NCBI GenBank assembly: GCA_963807635.1
Contig: CAWEDJ010000025.1
Span: 1-11,457, forward strand
Direction of reading: 5' to 3'
DNA from: an uncultured cyanobacterium
GTDB lineage: Bacteria > Cyanobacteriota > Cyanobacteriia > Cyanobacteriales > Microcystaceae
Length of the DNA: 11,457 nucleotides
Position 1 is the stretch's first letter. Each line of letters opens with the position of its first letter. The position numbers were made by a program, and so were the translations under genes. Below are positions 7,993-11,457 of the stretch, piece by piece. The notes beneath the pieces were generated by a model, which saw only the letters and a list, made by a program, of their open reading frames with translations, was not told the origin of the DNA and did no database searches.

Positions 7993-9982
7993 TCAACTTT
8001 GGCTGATGACTTCCAAAGGACGAACCTGATTTAATAAAGATTGTAATTCATCGCCTTCTAAAACCTCCGTTGTTAATAATTGACTGGTCATCGTTTCCAA
8101 TAACTCTCGATTATCCCGAAGAATTTGTAACGCTTGCTCGTAGGCGACTTCTACAATCTGTTTAACTTCCTCATCGATCGCCTTACCCGTATCTTCACTC
8201 AAGGAACGGCGGGGACTACTTTGCCCATTTCCTAAAAAATTATTAGAGGAACGTTTTTCGTAAGCTAAAGGGCCTAAAGCTTTACTCATGCCATAGAGAG
8301 TCACCATTTGTTCCGCAATATCCGTTGCCCGTTGTAAATCATCGGAAGCTCCATTGGTCACACTTTGAAAAATCAAGGCTTCTGCGGCTCTTCCTCCTAG
8401 TAACATGGCGATTTGTTGGCGAAACTCGATTTCTGTCATCAAAAAGCGGTCTTCTGTCGGTAATTTAAGGGTATAACCCAAAGCGGATAGACCACGCGGC
8501 ACAATGGAAATTTTGGAAACCTTGCCACCGCCTGGCATAACCGCTCCAATAACGGCGTGACCAACCTCGTGATAGGCGACAATTTTTTTCTCCTGTTCCG
8601 ATAAAACACGGCTTTTCTTTTCTAGACCTGCAATCACCCGCTCGATCGCCTCTTGGAAATCCTTGAGAATCACTTTGTCTCGTTGATCACGGGCCGCCAA
8701 AAGAGCCGCTTCATTAACCAAATTCGCTAAATCCGCCCCAGCAAATCCTGGTGTTTGGGTTGCAATTCCCTTTAATTCCACTCCCTCTTCTAACTGGACT
8801 TTTTTGGCATAGATCTCTAAGATCGCCAATCTTCCTGCTAAATCAGGGCGATCGACTAATACCTGGCGGTCAAATCGACCTGGACGCAATAAAGCAGGGT
8901 CAAGGGTTTCAGGGCGATTAGTCGCCGCTAGAACAATCACCGTCGAATCACTGGCATTAAAGCCATCCATTTCCGTCAATAACTGATTAAGGGTTTGTTC
9001 CCGTTCATCATTACTTCCACTCGAAGATTGACCGCCACTACGAGACTTGCCGATCGCATCCAATTCATCGATAAAAATAATACAGGGAGCCTGCTCTTTA
9101 GCTTGGATAAATAAATCGCGTACCCGTGCGGCCCCCGTTCCCACAAATAATTCGACGAACTCCGAGGCAGAAATACTAAAAAACGTTACCTGGGCCTCTC
9201 CTGCCACCGCCTTAGCCAATAGGGTTTTTCCCGTCCCTGGTGGCCCGACCAATAAAACCCCCTTGGGGATACGTGCGCCAATTTTATGAAACCGTTCAGG
9301 ATTTTTTAAAAATTCTACGATTTCCACTAATTCCGTCTTTGCCTCTTCTGCCCCTGCAATATCAACAAATGTAATTTTTTCCGATTCTCCCTCCACGTAC
9401 ATTTTCGCCTTACTCTTGCCAAAGGCTAACGAATGCTTATCCTCTCCCCGATACAAAATAAACTGCATCGCAAACACCAAGATCAGGGGCGGAATAACCC
9501 AAGCTAATATGGTTGAAATCCAATTGGGGGAAGGAGCGGGCCGCTTCAAAGAGAACTCCTTTTTTTTGTAACCGTTCGGGAAGTTGGGGATCGTAGACGG
9601 GAATAGTTCCCAATAATGGTTCTTCGTTGCTCTCCGTCGGACTATTGGTATTTTCACTCATGTCCCCCGTACTATGAAAGGGATTGTTGGATTGCGTCTC
9701 CGTCTTCAAGGGATTACTGGGCATCTTAAACAGATCGGCCCCAGGTTGGAGTAAAGAAGGTTTGAGTTGGTAGAGGATCAATCGATCGCCGACCTTCACA
9801 CGGGCAACTCTTCCCTTATCTACGTCATTGAGAAATTGGCTATAGGGCTGTAACGGAATTTTTTCTGGCGATCGTGGGAAAAAAAAAGCAATCAGCAAAA
9901 CAACACCCGCTGAAGCCAACAACAAACTGCTCAAAGGGGATAAATTCGGTAATTTTAGCTTTTTTTTAGGGGTTAAACTCAT
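7993..9982 (-). CDS. ftsH: ATP-dependent zinc metalloprotease FtsH (FtsH4/Sll1463-like), split by a frameshift at ~9540
   Basis: ORF 9437..9982 supplies TM1 and the lumenal domain (PYSQFL...[20 protein letters not shown]). ORF 7993..9657 supplies PAPSPNW-TM2, Walker A GPPGTGKT, Walker [31 protein letters not shown] and [24 protein letters not shown] and DAIGKSR are FtsH4-type features. Confidence 0.93.
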
Positions 9983-10171
9983 GAACTAACTCAAACCATT
10001 AGATCTATAGAATCACACAGGATAAATGCGGGAGGGCAATCAGCCCAAACTTAATCTTAACTCAAGAGCTTGGTGATTCCCCTCGACTTTACGAATGTTC
10101 TTTCTTGACTAGATTAACCCAAGGGATCACAACAACCTTCCAATGGTCGGCAGAAAAAATAAACTTCCTGC

Positions 10172-10200
10172 TTGTCAAACGTCCATATGTTTGTTAGAAT
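10172..10200 (+). promoter_or_regulatory. sigma70-type promoter of tRNA-Phe
   Basis: TTGTCA (10172-10177), 17 nt, TAGAAT (10195-10200), with an extended -10 TGn, ending 18 nt before the tRNA. Confidence 0.75.
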
Positions 10201-10218
10201 AGTTAAGCACGAAAAAAA

Positions 10219-10291
<73 letters not shown>

Positions 10292-10448
10292 TCGTTAAAA
10301 TCCATACTTAGTAAGCACTCCATAATTAAAGAGTTATGGGTAGAAATGGTATGAACTGGCTCTTACTATAAACTGACATCAATTAATGAAGAAAAAGTTT
10401 GTAACCCCTATTCCCCAGGTTCAAAACAACCTTTAAACAAGGCTAAAG

Positions 10449-10470
10449 AAAAAAGGGGCCGAAGCCCCCC
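10449..10470 (-). terminator. Intrinsic terminator of groEL
   Basis: The minus strand reads GGGGGGC-TTCG-GCCCC-TTTTTT: a GC stem with a C(UUCG)G tetraloop and a U-tract, 38 nt after the groEL stop. Confidence 0.9.
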
Positions 10471-10508
10471 ATTTAAAGTGATTGAGAAAATTATTAGACT
10501 AACTAAAC

Positions 10509-11457
10509 TTAGTAGTCGAAGTCGCCGCCACCAGGTGCGCCAGCAGGAGCTTTTTCTTTCTCAGGTTTGTCAACCACAATACATTCAGTGGTTAAGACCA
10601 TACCCGCAATAGAAGCCGCATTTTGCAGAGCAGAACGGGTGACTTTAGCAGGGTCAACAATACCCGCCGCAATCATGTCGGTGTATTCGTTGTTAGCCGC
10701 ATTGAATCCAACATTGAAGTCTTTTTCTTTGACTCGTTCAGCCACAACCGCACCGTTTTGTCCTGCATTTTCTGCAATCCGTTTTAAGGGAGCAGGTAAG
10801 GCACGAGCAACGATTAAGGCACCCGTTAACTCTTCATGGGTCAAGTGTGCGTTGGCCCAGTCTTCGAGCTGAGGAGCAAGGTGAGCATAGGTTGTACCGC
10901 CACCAGGAACGATACCTTCTTCAACTGCGGCTTTGGTTGCGTTGATCGCATCTTCTAGGCGCAATTTGCGGTCTTTCATTTCGGTTTCCGTTGCCGCGCC
11001 TACTTTGATAACTGCCACACCGCCCGCCAATTTAGCCAGACGTTCTTGGAGTTTTTCTTTGTCGTAGGAAGACTCGGTTTCATCCATTTGACGACGGATT
11101 TGTTCGCAACGGGCTTTAACCCCAGCTTCATTTCCTTCGGCAACAATGGTGGTGGAGTCTTTGGTGATATTGATGCGACGGGCTTTACCGAGACTTTCGA
11201 TCTTGGTGGTTTCTAGTTTTAGACCTGCATCTTCACTGATGACTTGACCGCCTGTCAGAATGGCAATGTCTTCTAACATTTGTTTACGGCGATCACCAAA
11301 ACCAGGAGCTTTAACAGCTGCGACATTCAGTACACCGCGCAGACGGTTCACCACTAAGGTTGCAAGGGCTTCTTTTTCGATGTCTTCAGCAATGATCAAG
11401 AGGGGCTTGCCTTGACGGGCAACTTGCTCAAGAACAGGAACTAAATCTTGGACTAAG
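10509..11457 (-). CDS. groEL: Chaperonin GroEL (GroEL1 type), 5' part outside the window
   Basis: The frame is open to the window edge ([25 protein letters not shown]). It contains [32 protein letters not shown] and [10 protein letters not shown]. The C-terminal GGGDFDY is typical of the cyanobacterial groESL-operon copy. Confidence 0.98.
   Translation of the reverse strand, partial: LVQDLVPVLEQVARQGKPLLIIAEDIEKEALATLVVNRLRGVLNVAAVKAPGFGDRRKQMLEDIAILTGGQVISEDAGLKLETTKIESLGKARRINITKDSTTIVAEGNEAGVKARCEQIRRQMDETESSYDKEKLQERLAKLAGGVAVIKVGAATETEMKDRKLRLEDAINATKAAVEEGIVPGGGTTYAHLAPQLEDWANAHLTHEELTGALIVARALPAPLKRIAENAGQNGAVVAERVKEKDFNVGFNAANNEYTDMIAAGIVDPAKVTRSALQNAASIAGMVLTTECIVVDKPEKEKAPAGAPGGGDFDY

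Noticed and set aside
9047..9289. 80-aa plus-strand ORF
   Set aside because: Antisense shadow of the FtsH AAA domain.
9437..9657. Two separate overlapping genes (181 aa and 554 aa) as listed in the ORF track
   Set aside because: They are the two halves of one ftsH. The MKIPIV... N-terminus and ...RSFPQLDF... C-terminus are out-of-frame readings.
10567..10872. 101-aa plus-strand ORF
   Set aside because: Antisense shadow of groEL, common for genes with strong codon bias.

Overview
This is an AT-rich cyanobacterial chromosomal window (six perfect HIP1 GCGATCGC octamers, plastocyanin, GroEL1-type C-terminus), probably from a unicellular Chroococcales-like lineage (inference). In order it contains: a 5'-truncated MscS-family channel (+); then on the minus strand barstar, a signal-peptide guanyl-specific RNase (RNase Sa/barnase family), ktrA, ktrB, dgdA(ktrE), hpnH and petE; a DUF1232/YkvA gene (+); an uncalled ~65-aa membrane microprotein (-); an FtsH4-like protease (-); tRNA-Phe(GAA) (+); and the 3' part of groEL (-). 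It is mostly housekeeping DNA, with no transposase, integrase or CRISPR array. The most interesting points are (1) a tightly coupled exported RNase plus barstar pair with its own candidate promoter, (2) three consecutive genes at 7.3-10 kb that each carry one frameshift at a short G/C run, most likely assembly indels but untested, (3) a hidden microprotein missed by the ORF track, and (4) an FtsH4-like protein with a long polar insertion in its lumenal domain. I cannot demonstrate a wholly new system from the sequence alone.
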